From the human T2T-CHM13v2.0 reference genome, Homo sapiens: a stretch of 64,000 nucleotides of DNA. The notes under the pieces were generated by a model. That model was not told the DNA's origin. It saw only the letters and a list, made by a program, of their open reading frames with translations, and ran no database searches. The translations under genes and the position numbers were made by a program. Location of the stretch: NCBI RefSeq assembly GCF_009914755.1, contig NC_060930.1; one strand, 5' to 3'. Below, one piece after another: positions 47,761-61,856 of this stretch; the stretch's first letter is position 1; each line of letters begins with the position of its first letter.

Positions 47761-48309
47761 AATTTCTTCAAAAACAAACTCTGATGACTTCACAAATCTG
47801 CTTATACGGGTTAGTATCTGGGAAAGGAGATGGCTTTGAGGCAGTAACAATAATATGAAATTGACTCTTTTAAGGTCAAAAACAATCAAATAGTATCCAT
47901 TTCATATGCCTAGATCTACATTAAATGGTTTTGTGAACATTAGGGTGTTTCTTGAGTATTCACTTTCTGTCTCAACCTGGACTAGTTACAATGAAGGTAT
48001 ATAAAGCTTACCTCCACCTATAAAAGCTGACACTCCAGGTGTGACTACAGACTGCACAGGGATTAGCAATGGGGGTCCAATGGCTGTTTCAGGTTTCTGT
48101 GATTGAGACCCAGGCAGGTTCAGAACTTTTAATCCACTGCCATTCTCTCTCCAGAATAGCTCCATTCTCCTGAAAGTCAAAAGCACAAAGGAAGATAACC
48201 CTTGTCTCCCTACAGGCTTTCTCAAGTAAAAGAAGAGCTAAAACAAGAAACCTTCAAGTAATAAGGCTTGCGCAGCACGGCACACCATCTCAGATTTTGC
48301 CAGCTCCTG

Positions 48310-48610
48310 ACTCACAGACCAATTACCAGTCAGAAATGTTTTATTTGACCTATAGAATATTTTTATTTTTAAAAACAAATGAATAAGTACCAGCATTTAA
48401 AATATGAGAGACATTTTTACATGAACAATTAGATTTCTGGTTCCTCTTGAAACACTGGAGGACTAAGCATACCCACATCTCCTTATGACAACAGTTGGCA
48501 GAGGCTGATTAGCCAGGGGTCCTCTGAGACATGAGTATACTTTCCACAGTCACCACCAGCCCCAGTTGTCTCCTAGACCATTTTCGATTCACTGGAGTTT
48601 GAATCTCTCT
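48310..48610. mobile_element. MER102-like hAT remnant
   Basis: cagcatttaaaatatgagagacattttt...agatttctggttcctcttgaaa...ttggcagaggctgattagc. Confidence 0.4.
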
Positions 48611-48780
48611 GCTCTACTTCTAGTTCCACAATGTCTTCTGTCTCCTAGAAGCGCCTCAAGCAATTTCATGATATTTTTCTCCCAATAACACCTCCTGGGC
48701 TCTTCATTGGAAGACGAAGGACACAGGAACACAGGCTTTGGAGGTAGATAGACCAGAGTTCAAAGATGGGCCCGATGTTT

Positions 48781-50116
<1,336 letters not shown>

Positions 50117-51000
50117 GGGCCCGATATTTTTTAAAACTTCAGGAAATGGCTCATGTGATAACAATTTCACTCTCAAATGAGTCACAGAGGCAAGCCAGTG
50201 CACACATTCTTTTTCATTTGATCTTTTTACAATTCTGTCTTGTTCTCAGCCTAGCTTCTTCGGTTTACACAGAACTTGGTTGAACCTGGAAAATGCCTTA
50301 TTGTTTCACCTTTATTCTTGTTCTCCTGCCAAGGTAGGATGTTTTCCCCACTGAGCATTTGGCTTAAGTTGGGAGTTACTCCCTCCCAACATGACCAATG
50401 GTACCCAGATAGGTTTAATAAAATATATTAAACATATTTAGAATCAGTGTATATTTTTCCAATCACGAGCAAGACTTCAAATATGTCTTGAAAGCAGGAA
50501 TGTGATTCTTTGATTTTATGTCTCTTGGTTCCACTGCAGCTTCACTTTCCTAACTGAACCTAAAATAAACTTATAGTCTGATCATATTGTACTTAAGTTT
50601 CTACCTACCAAAAGGAATCTGTTATTTCCTACATTGTTCTTTAGCTATTTTCTACACAGTTTTTCGATCTAGATTTAACACTCCTTATTGGCAAGGATTA
50701 TTTTTATATGTTTTTCATGGATTCCTGGGCACTTAAAACAGTATCAGGCACATCAAATGGCTTCAAATAAATACTTCTTGCTCCCTGACTCAATTTTGCT
50801 CATTCCATTTTATTTGTTTAGAATTCAATGTGAATGCTTTCATTTGAGGTAATATTTCATTTATTTATTTAAAATATAGCCAATAAACAAAACATTGTAA
50901 AATTGCTGCAGGAATTTTACAGATCTTCTTTGTCTTTTGTTTGGGATTTTAATCTGGAATAAAAGTTTGGTATGCTGTTCACTGTAGAAACGGTGCTTTA

Positions 51001-51508
51001 GGCTGGGCGCCGTGGCTAACACCTGTAATCCCAGCACTTTGGAAGGTTGAGGCAGGTGGATCATTTGAGGTCAGGAGTTCGACATCAGCCTGGCCAACAT
51101 GGTGAAACCCCATCTCTACTAATAAAACAAAAACTAGCCGGGCGTGGTGGCATGAACCTGTAATCCCGGCTACTCTGGAGGCTGAGGCAGAAGAATCGCT
51201 TGAATCTGTGTGCAGAGGTTGCAGTGAGCCAAGATCACACCACTGCACTCCAGCCTGGTGACAGAGCAAAACTGTTTCAAAAAGAAAGAAGGAAAGAAAG
51301 AAAGGAAGGAAGGAGATGAAGGAAGGAGAGGAAAAGGAAGGAAGGGAGGAAGGGAGAAAGAGAGGGAGGGAGGAAGAAAGGGAGGGAGGGGGAGGGAGGG
51401 AGAGACAGAGAAAATAAGGGAGGAAGGAAGAAGGGAGGAAGGAGGGAGGGAGGGAGGGAAGGAAGGAAGCAAGGAAGGATGGAAGGAAGGAAGGAAGGAG
51501 GAAGGAAG
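51001..51508 (+). mobile_element. AluS with ~230-bp polypurine (GGAA/GGGA) expanded tail
   Basis: Alu body 51001-51278. TSD-like ggtgcttta (50992-51000) / ggtacttta (51509-51517) encloses the purine tract. Confidence 0.9.
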
Positions 51509-54229
51509 GGTACTTTAGACATTGACGCATCAAAAAATGTATGATCAAGCCCTCTGCCTTAATGGAAGTGACACCATGCCTACTCAGAGAAACACCTGTC
51601 AAAGAAGTTATTTTGGTATGAGTTGCATCTACATGTTGCAAAATGGTATCTAAAAAACCAATCTGATGCATGTATTTTTGTAAATGTTTATAAGCTTGAA
51701 ATGTAGTATTAGCATTTCCTTTCCTCATTCTTCCCAGACCCAAATGTTTACAAATAGGAGTGAATCCAGAAATATTTTCCATCTTAATGTATGGATATCT
51801 TATATATCTTGTGATGCTCAGACACAAAGGGACAAAGACATTGCCATATAGACAAAGGAAATTGCCAGCATCTCTTATCCTTCAAAGAGAAACTCAAAAT
51901 AAGAAAATCAGAACAACGGAGTCACATAAGTAACAGATCATAGAAGTCAAGAAAAGCAAATATAGGGAAATAAGCAAGACTCACATGTTGAGAGGGGTGG
52001 GGGGATGAGGGAGTGGTGGATAGAGGAGGCAAGATGCAGGACTAACTCTGCAACCTACCGTGTTTGTCAGGATATACCGCTTGCCACTGAACCCAGGCCT
52101 GTGTGCAACCATGCTGACTCTGCACAGCTTGACTCTGGGGGGAATGGAGCCCCCAGCTGTATAACACATAGGCCCTCGGCAGTCATAAAGAGACCCAACC
52201 AGTCTATACCAGTAAGCCCACATCTGCATCACCAGGGAAAGGGAGCAACATAAGAAATATTGTAATATACCAGCATACTATTTTATAGTTGTTTGCCTTA
52301 TAGTATTTTTCCCCTGTTCCAAACCAAAAGCAAGACCTTTTTAACATATCCTTCAGCTTGGATAAAACTCCCCTTGTAATCTTTCACAAGATTCTGAGTC
52401 TGTGCTAATTAAAGATTGTCCTCTGGATCCCAAGTGGAGAGTGGGAGAATGCACATATTCTTGAGAGTAAGAAAAGCAGAGATTCCCAGAGGCTATGAAG
52501 AAGATAGGGTCTACAGGATCCCAAGAATACTGGGGAGCCAGTCCCCACAAAGTGCTAGAATGCCAGGAAAATATTTCAGAGTGCAAATAAAATGAGCCCT
52601 AAACACCAGAACTCTCAGCCTAGGCCAAGATTCCCACCTTCATATTGGTGCAGGAGCAGCAGCACCATAAACGACAACAGCCCAGGCCAGCTTCATTAAT
52701 GAGGTGTCAGCAACCACTCACGGCCTGAGATGAAAGGCTCTGTCATAGCCCTTTATGCCTTATGCTTTCTGGTATGGCCTTGGGAAGGAAGAAGTTCCAA
52801 AAAGTAACTGAAATTGGATATGTTACATGTTCATGGAGTATAGATTCCTAGATAGGTCTTAATTTAGACCATTTAGATGAGTTCCATTTCTTGCTTGCTT
52901 GTTTGAAGTTGCAAATTTGTATCTTTCGATACAGCATCTGCACCACTGGTATCAAGAGCTAGAGTTACAGAAATAGCCACGAGCACATTATCACCAATAT
53001 TGCTTCCTAACAGTGACATGTATTCTTATTTTTCAGTTGGTTAATGCCAAACCTGTGGACTCTCAATAATTATCACTTGCTCCTATGCTAACAGGCTAAC
53101 AGAAATATTACCTCATTCCCTTTCCTCAATCATATTTATTTTTGTTATTCAAGTCAATATAATTAACTTTATCACACCAAACAAAAAATTCTATTCTCTG
53201 ACATAATTATTTTAAAATTAGTGGAAGTAATCTAATCAATCTTATATACAAATAAATGTTGTCCGAATCCACAGCCATTGAAAATACCCTTCTGATAAAT
53301 GGAATTCTTTGAAACAATAACTCAAAGACCACATTAAGTACCCTCTCTGCAAATAAATTATGTCACAGAGTTTAATGAAAGCCATAGGTTCATTATCACA
53401 AGTTAGATAGATTTTCCTCTCGCTATTTGTACTGATGCAATATAGTCAGAATTAGAGAATTACCAAATAAACTTGAGAACAGTTTAGTGTGAAGGTAAGT
53501 GAGAACAAACTGTTGAAGTTTTAATTTTATTATTTTCCCTTGATATTAAACTTCTTAGCCTCACTAGGTTTAGCGTTTTACATTTCTTTGTTAGTGGTGC
53601 TCTATTGTCTTGTTTGAAATCGAAAATGCTATTGACTTGATGACTATTTAGCCTATGCTTTATTTGTTTCCCTGGGTTATCCTGCTCCAAAGGAGAGGAC
53701 ATTGGTATAAGATAAGCCAATGACTGGTAAGTAGTGCAGAAAACTCCCTGCTCTGGCAGCACAGTACCTTCAGCATAGAACTGGAATAATATTATATTAA
53801 AAGTAGAACTTAATAACAAAATCGTTTTTCCATGCACCATGCCAAAAAGGAAAACATAATAAAATATGCAATGCATGCACTCATACTTATAGTCCAAATC
53901 ATAATGAATGCTATGAAAATATGGATTTGGTTTTTACCAACTGATAAATAAGTGATATAATTTAGCAATCTGCCCGCTTAGAATCTCTCAGTCAAACGCA
54001 GGAAAATCCCTCTAGTAATTTTAACACAAAAATATTTTATTGGACCTAGAAACATCTTTCCAAACAGTAAGAAAAGGTAAGAGAAGAGGAGAGGCAAATA
54101 GACATGGAGGGTAGGGAGGAAAGAGAGAAGAAAGCAAATGGCTATTTTGAGTATTTTTAAGCATATACTATGTACATTTTTTCTTTAATATCATATTTGA
54201 ACTTTCTAACATAATGAGCAAAAGCGCTC

Positions 54230-54815
54230 CTCTTTCACATGGTCCTGAGCAGTGACCTCTCACCTAATATACTCACATCTAACCTCTTGCTTCTCAAATC
54301 TGTCCTTTATGTGGTCACCAGTTATCCTCCCAAACAGACTGGATGATATCAACCCCATTTTTTAACATCTTTTACATAAATCCTGTTACCCAATTAATTA
54401 GGTCAAAACTTCTCCAGGCATGTCCCCTTCATTTATCTACACTAATACTCACCCAAACTATCTCTCACTGTATTTATTCACATCTTCACTCCCACAAGTG
54501 AACTGCTCAGTCAAGGAGAGTACCTCTTGCATTTGACAGCCATATTTGTGTTTCTTGTCATGCTCTTTCCATAGAGTTCCTTTCCAACTTCTTTCAAAAT
54601 TTCTACCCCATTATACAAATTTCTGTCATATATACTTCATGAGACTTAGAACCCACTTCTGTTTTCTTCCCACCACCCTATACCCAGCAGCTAGCACAAC
54701 ATCTGCTGTGGTCAGCACTCTGGAGGGCAGAGACAATGTCATATTTATCTTTGTATCTGGTGCCTAGCCCCATATGCAATAAATGTCCCACAAGTGTTGG
54801 TTGAATTGAATAAAT
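54230..54815 (+). mobile_element. L2 3' remnants
   Basis: ctctggagggcagagacaatgtc...tttgtatctggtgcctagc...aagtgttggttgaattgaat L2 3'-end-like. Confidence 0.5.
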
Positions 54816-55287
54816 TTAAATTCCACATTTTGAAATTCTACTACTTTCTCAGGACTTACCTTAGACACAGCATTCCTGTGACCCTTGCTGGATCATGATG
54901 GTCCTGTCTACTCCCTCTTTCCTATTCTCTCCTGGCCCATTTTTAATAAGCCCTATTATAGCAATTGGTTCCTTTTGTGTTGCAGTATAATAGTTGTTTA
55001 TGTGTCTTTCCCCTAAAATTTGAACTAAATCTTAGGTCAGAAGTAGATAGAGTTTATTTTGTACAATTCCTCACCAGTGTAGGAGCTGCTACTTCACAAC
55101 CCAAATAAGCTGAGCCACTTAATCTTCTCTGTGTCCTGGCATTTCATGTACCAGTTCTAGACCTTTCACTACTCTGGAGTCTCTTCTACTTTTTGAAGAG
55201 GCACCTGGAATTAAGTTTATTAATCTATATATTCTCTTCAACCATGGGGAACAGTGGGATTCCTTCCCATAGTTGTCATATTATGCC

Positions 55288-56553
55288 TACCACCAGACCT
55301 GCCTTACAAGAGCTCCTGAAGGAAGCACTAAATATGGAAAGGAAAAAATCACTACCAGCCACTACAAACATACAGTCAAGTATACAGACCAGTGACACTA
55401 TAAAGCAGTCACATAAATAAGTTGGCAAAATAACCAGCTAGCATCACAATGACAAGATGAAATCCATGTATAACAATACTAACTTTAAATGTAATGCCCT
55501 AATTATAAGACACAGAGTGGCAAGCTGGGTAAAGAGCCAAGACCCATTGGTATGCTGCCTTCAAGAGATGCGTCACCTCCAAAGACACTCAAAGTAAAGG
55601 GATGAAGGAAAATTTACCAAGCAAATGGAAAACAGAAAAAAAGGAGGTGTTGCAATTCTATTTTCAGATAAAACAGTATTTAAACCAACAAAGATCAAAA
55701 AAGACAAAGAAGGGTGTTGATCAAAAAAGACAAAGAAGGGTATTACATAATGATAAAGGGTTCAATTCAACAAGAAGAGCTAACTATCCTAAATATATAT
55801 GAGCCCAACACAGGAGCACCCAGATTTATAAAGCAAGTTCTTAGAGACATTCAAAGTGACTTAAACCCCTACACAATAGTAGCAGGAGACCTTTAACTTT
55901 CCCCTGACAATATTAGACAGATCATTGAGACAGAAAATCAACAAAGATATTCAGGACCTGAACTCAGCACTGGATCAACTGGACCTTGTAGATACCTACA
56001 GAAAAAACAACAGAATACACATTCGTCTCATCACCACATGGCACTTACTCTAAAATCAATCACATAATCATAAGTAAAACACTCCTCAGCAAATGCAAAA
56101 GAACTGAAATCATAAATCTCTTGGACCACAGTGCAATCAAATTAGAACTCAAGACTAAGTAATTCACTCAAAACCATATAATTACAAGGAAATTGAACGA
56201 CCTGCTCCTGAATGACTTTTGAGTAAATAATGAAATTAAGGCAGAAATCAAGATCTTTGAAACCAATACAATGAACCAGAATATCTGGGACACAACTAAG
56301 ATAATGTTAAGAGGGAAATTTATGGCACTAATTGGCCACATCAAAAACTTAGAAAGAGCTCAAGTTAACAACCTAAGATCTCAAAGAAAAGAGCTAGAGA
56401 ACCAAGAGCAAACAAATCCCAAAGCTAGAAGAATACAAGAAATAACCAAAAGCAGAGCTAAACTGAAGGAAATCGGGCCACAAAAACCATTCAAAAGATC
56501 AATGAATTCAGGAGTGAGTTTCTCAAAAAAATTTAGTAAAATAGATAGACTGC
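55288..56553 (+). mobile_element. Internal fragment of an older L1PA (ORF1 end, spacer, ORF2 endonuclease)
   Basis: Peptides TTRPALQELLKEALNMER and IKGSIQQEELTILNIYEPNTGAPRFIKQVL; no poly(A); 23-bp internal duplication 55693-55741. Confidence 0.9.
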
Positions 56554-56864
56554 CTGTATTAATATAATCAGAAAAAGCCTTAGTAATTTTAGAGCCTCTT
56601 TTCTTCAACCATATATTGACTTTATGATCTAAACTTTTAAAATATCTATTAAGTCATTAAGTCACTTTTCATATATTAGGAACAGGTTTCCACTGTAATT
56701 CCATGCTTTGTCTCAGTCACTATTCTATTTGTTGAATGACTCATTTGTTGAATTAATTATGGATTAATACTTAAAAAAATCTTGACCAAATGGATATCAT
56801 AAAAAGACTTCGCAAATCCCCTTCTAAAATCAAGACAGATGATAATAATGAAATTCCTCTATTC

Positions 56865-57051
56865 CAATGATTCTCAAGGTGTGTTTCCTGGACTGGCAGC
56901 TGCAACAGCAGCACCTGGGAACTGGTTGGAAATGCAGATTATCTGACTCCATGCCAGACCTACTGATTCAGAAACTCTGAAGGTGGGGCCCAGAAAGCCG
57001 GTTTTGACAAGCTCTTTGGTGATTCTGATACACTAAAGTGTGAGAACTACT
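56865..57051 (+). mobile_element. MER5A
   Basis: caatgattctcaaggtgtg...cacctgggaactggttggaaatgcagatt...gacctactgattcagaaactctg...aaagtgtgagaactact. Confidence 0.85.
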
Positions 57052-60000
57052 TCCATAGTTTATCAACTGGATAATTCTCATGCTGTTCCTTCGATTTGCT
57101 ATCTTCACCATGTTTGGCAAGTCTTTCCCTATAAGAAGGAATGGCAGAGCTTATTTCCAATATATTCCAGGTACTAGCAGGGTAGGTGGTCTTTAGTAAA
57201 TTATTTAAACTGTTAGACACATTCTGTCCTCGTTTGTAAAATAGCACAGTAACAAAAATATTGCAGCATTGTAGGGATAGGGAGGATTAAAGGTAGTATA
57301 CCCATAAAGGTATAAGCTGTACTTAATGTCCTTAACACATACTTTTTCTGATTCCCTTTCCTTCTCCTTCCATTTTATTTTCGTATTTATCAAATCACCT
57401 GTTTCTTGATACTCTATGTTAATGATCCAGTCTGATTTAGACAACGACGAATTTCCAAATACTTGCTTCTTATAATTTTCATTTAGCTAAATTTGCATTT
57501 GGCCATGAAGTTTCTACTATTTCCATCCAGTGATTTTACATTTCTATCTAGGCAATTATGTTTAAAAAGTACTTGGATGTGGAGTAGATATCATGGCTAA
57601 GCTTTCCATCTAGAACTCACCTTCAAAGCTCTAAGTTTATTAACATCACCTTATGTGAGGTCCACTCAAACTATAGTCAACAAATATTGAGTCCACCCAA
57701 TGGTGGACTTAGCAATAGGCTAATAACCCAATGGGCTTAGCAATAGGCACTGGGTACTGGGGATCTGTGGAGGGTAAAACAATCCATTCCCTCACAGAGC
57801 TTCCAATTGAATGGATTAAATATATGCATCCAGCTGACTTCTTCCTCTGTATCAGAATTTATTTTTCTGATGAAGAAAGCTACATTCAGTGACTGAAGTA
57901 GGAAAACATGATGGAAATAGAAGTGTAATTATGTGCAAGAAGAAAAAGACAGAAAAGCATGTCTCAGAATATAAAATCCTGATTTCTGAAACCTGCTGTT
58001 TATTAGCTTATACTCACTAGCAGGATTTCCAGTTGTAACAAATGCTAGCCCTGCCAGGAAATTAAAGGAATATAAACTTTCTTCTAATCACTATTGAAAC
58101 TAGAAACATTCTGTTTAGAAAAAGCTTGATTAATTTCAGTGTTCTAATCATGATTTTATTCAAATGCATTATTATTACTAGAGATTCAGAAGTTTTTGGA
58201 GACAGTCCAGTGGTTTCTGTGTGAGCCTTATTTGCTCAAACTGTACATATCATAGGCTTCTTGAGAAAATTGTCTTGTCCACGAATCTAGCACAGTGTGC
58301 AGCCCAGGGCAAGATCTCAATAAGGGATTGTTTATAAAAAAAGAGATCATAGTCTTGTAGCCAAAAAAGTAATCTAAACTGGGCCTACTGTTTCCAAGGA
58401 TATGCTTATTGAAAATTATAATGGGTGTAGATACCCTACCCTCAAGAAAGATGGTACCAATTTACATTTTTCAATAACAGGGTGAAAGTGTACACTTTCC
58501 CAAATCCTCAACAATGCTGTATTTTGTTAGTCTTTATTTTTTGCTACTTTAATCAATTAAATATTAAAACTGGATATCCTTATTTGCATGGCATAGATGT
58601 AATGCTGAACATTATTTTATGTTTATAATGGTCTACTGTTTTTCTTTCTGTGAATTCTCTGTGTTCTCTGTACATGTTCTTAAAGATATACTCACCTGTT
58701 TGCTTACTGATTTCATTTTAGTTTTCGCAAATATTTTTCTGAATTCAGCGCATGTTTCTTTTTTTTTGCCTCTTTGCTCAATGTTCCTTTGTGTCCAATG
58801 TCCATTAACAGAGAATTTGGTTCACTAGAGGATAATACATATATATAATGCAATATTACACAGTCATTAAGAATGATGTAAATCTCTATTTATGGATATG
58901 GGCAAATGTTCATCATACATTGTTGAGTTTATATGGAAACAGGATAAAAACTAGGTTGAGTTTTTTATCTCATTTGTATGACATGTATTAATGTATGAGT
59001 AAATGTTCAAAGGATAGCATTTTCCAGATTTTCTTTGTTTTGTTCTCCAAAAAAAGGTATTCCAGTCTCATAGATTTGGGAAGTACTGCACATTAAGTCT
59101 TTTTTAGAGTTTCTCATAGCACAATCAGGAATAAAAATTCTGTGGCCTACAGCAAGCATGCTTAACATTGTTTAACCCAGCATTTCTCAAACTTTTCATT
59201 AAAGTCTTCTACTTTAAAAAATAATCTGAACCAGCATTTTACAGACAGCAGTTTGAGAAAGATGGCATGGAAAGCCACCTGGAAGGACACACCAAAATGG
59301 TAGGAGTGGTTATCTCTAGATACTGAAATGTAGGTAACTTTTACTTTAATATGTTTCTCTAATATCTGAACATTTTACAAAAGCCTGTATTATTTTGCAG
59401 TTAGAATAAATAATGTAACAATTTTCATTTTGAAAACAAGAGGAAAATCAACTATGCAAGCCAAATGTAGGGATCTTAAACATCGGTTTAACCCATTTGT
59501 CATGAGAACATTAGTAACATTTATTTTATAAACAAAGGTGTTATCAACATAATCTGGAATTGTTTGTCCAGTCACATGGGTGAAATTGGGCTGATTCTGC
59601 CCTTCTCAGAGACTGGAGAGTATGCATGTGTGTGCTGATACACTCAACAAGAAGATCTCCAGAAGCTGCTCCACTAGGCAAGGGGAGAAAGGAGATAAGG
59701 AGATGAGAAGAGAATGGATTGACAGACAACTAGGCAAGTTGGAATTGTAATAGAAAATAGACCAGCTTAAGCTCCACCTCCCCCACCCCTACCCACACAA
59801 TCGATGTTCAGCATGTGTCAATTTCCTTAAGGACTGTGTTTGTATAACCTTTCCACACTAGTGGCATTGTTTCAAGACAGGAGGAAAGTAAGGAAAATAG
59901 TCAAGTAAGATACTCTTTGACTTTCTTCTTACAATGAGGATATCTCACTATTTTATTTATTTATTTCTCTATACATGCTAAAAGAAACTTTAAAACAATT

Positions 60001-60447
60001 TCTAAAACAAGCTTCAACTCAGAAAAATATGCCGCTAAGCCTGAATAACCTGATTCCTTAGGAAGAACATCTCTTCATCAGCAACTGTGCACAAAACCAA
60101 AGACACAAGTTTTGCAAGATATTTGCTTATATGGTGGCACTTATGAGCATTGCCTTCTTGGGCAAGAAACAACTTGGAAGGAGCAATGCTTATTCCAGCA
60201 AAAAGGTTTTATTAAAAGTGTAGGCAAACTACAAATGGTATTCATATCACAGAGGATGCTGCCAAAGACCTCAGGGGCATGAAAAACACAGCAAGGTGGC
60301 ACCATAGTCCCGTGACTCAAGCTTACTCAAGGTGTTATGTCGGAGTCTTTCAAGGTTACTTTAAAGTTTCTAAATATCTCGCGGGGAACAATTGGTTCTG
60401 GAAAAAGAAAATATTAGAGCTAAAAATGAAGACAAAAATACGCTTTT

Positions 60448-60750
60448 GGTGGGCGTGGTGGCTCATGCTGGTAATCCCAGCAATTTGGGAGGCCGAGGCA
60501 GGCGGATCACAAGGTCAGGAGATCGAGACCATCCTGGCTAACACGGTGAAATCCCGTCTCTACTAAAGATACAAAAAAATTAGCTGGGCGTGGTGGCGGG
60601 CGCCTGTAGTCACAGCTACTCAGGAGGCTGAGGCAGCAGAATCCCTTAAACCTGGGAGGTGGAGGTTGCAGTGAGCCGAGATTGTGCTACTGCACTCCAA
60701 CCTGGGCAACAGAGCCAGACTCCATCTCAAATAAATAAATAAATAAATAA
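60448..60750 (+). mobile_element. AluSc-like
   Basis: GGATCACAAGGTCAGGAGATCGAGACCATCCTGGCTAAC with GAGGTTGCAG right arm; (AAAT)n tail. Confidence 0.92.
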
Positions 60751-60769
60751 CTTTCCACTTAAGGGAAGT

Positions 60770-61065
60770 CCAGTAAATCAGGAGCTCATCACATCCACCA
60801 CATCTGTGTTGCGGACCCAAGCATGGAGGAGTAAAAAGTGAGAGTAGTTTCCTCTTAAGGATGTGGCCTAGGCATTCACATCACTTCCACTCATATCCAA
60901 TAGACCAGGACTTAATTATGTGACCACTGCACTCAAATGCAAGATGGGGTGGGAAATGTGAACTCTTCCTAGGTTACATGACCCCCACTAAAAACATGGG
61001 GTTCTATCCCTAAAAGGAAGAATGCAACAATGGATATCAGACAACAACTACCAGATTCTGCCACA
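60770..61065 (-). mobile_element. Old MLT1 (J/K-like) LTR fragment
   Basis: cacatcacttccactcatatcc...gggaaatgtg...tctgccaca. Confidence 0.5.
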
Positions 61066-61613
61066 AAGAGCCTTGTTTCCATTATGCAAATATTTTACAT
61101 CTTTCAGAATAGTTTTACGAGGTTTTCTTTTTCATGTACAAACTTCCTATTATATTGTTAATTCTTAGGTATTTTCTATTTTGGAGGGCTACAAATGAGA
61201 TCTTCTATTTTATTTTATAACTGGTTATTACTGGTGTATGAAAAATATATACATATTGTAGGCACCCAGTTTTCTGAATTTTCTTTTTTATTTCTAAGAG
61301 TTTTTTTTATTCTATTGAGTTTTCTAGAAAACTGTACTATCTCCTGTAAAGAAAGATTATTTTTCACTTATTTTTAAACCATATTTCTGTTTCATTTACT
61401 ACTGTTTAATTTAGAACTTCTAAAAAGAACTATAGTAATCAAAAATCCACTAGAATAGTTTTTCACTGTTCAGACTGAATGTGGCAATTGCATTTTGTAC
61501 GTGTTTTAACTAACAATTTTTAGAGCAGTTTAGATTTACAGAAAAATTGAACAGATACTCCAAAGAGCTCCCATGTGTTCTGCACAGTTTCCGCTTATTA
61601 ACATTTTATATTA

Positions 61614-61666
61614 TAGGTTGGTGCAAAAGTAATTGCCATCTACTTTTAATGGCAAAAAACATGATT
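61614..61666 (+). mobile_element. Partial MADE1 (Hsmar1-derived MITE)
   Basis: TAGGTTGGTGCAAAAGTAATTGC TIR followed by ccatctacttttaatggcaaaaaac; second TIR largely lost. Confidence 0.8.
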
Positions 61667-61776
61667 TAAAATAATATTAGTTATAATATAACTATAGTAT
61701 GGTACATTTGTTGCAATTAATGAAAAAATAATGATACATTTATTAGTAACTAAAATTCATACATCGTGTATTCAGT

Positions 61777-61856
61777 TTATACTGAATATATACATATTAT
61801 ATACAATTATACTGAATATATACATGTTATATACAATTATACTGAATATATACATA
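61777..61856 (+). repeat. 30-bp minisatellite, ~2.7 copies
   Basis: ttatactgaatatatacat[a/g]ttatatacaa at 61777 and 61807, partial at 61837. Confidence 0.95.

Noticed and set aside
50979-51827. 282-aa minus-strand ORF
   Set aside because: Stop-free because it crosses the CT-rich strand of the purine tract and an antisense Alu.
61777-61856. 30-bp repeats (and the 21-bp repeats at 38133) as a CRISPR-like array
   Set aside because: Directly tandem with no unique spacers, no cas genes, and primate context.
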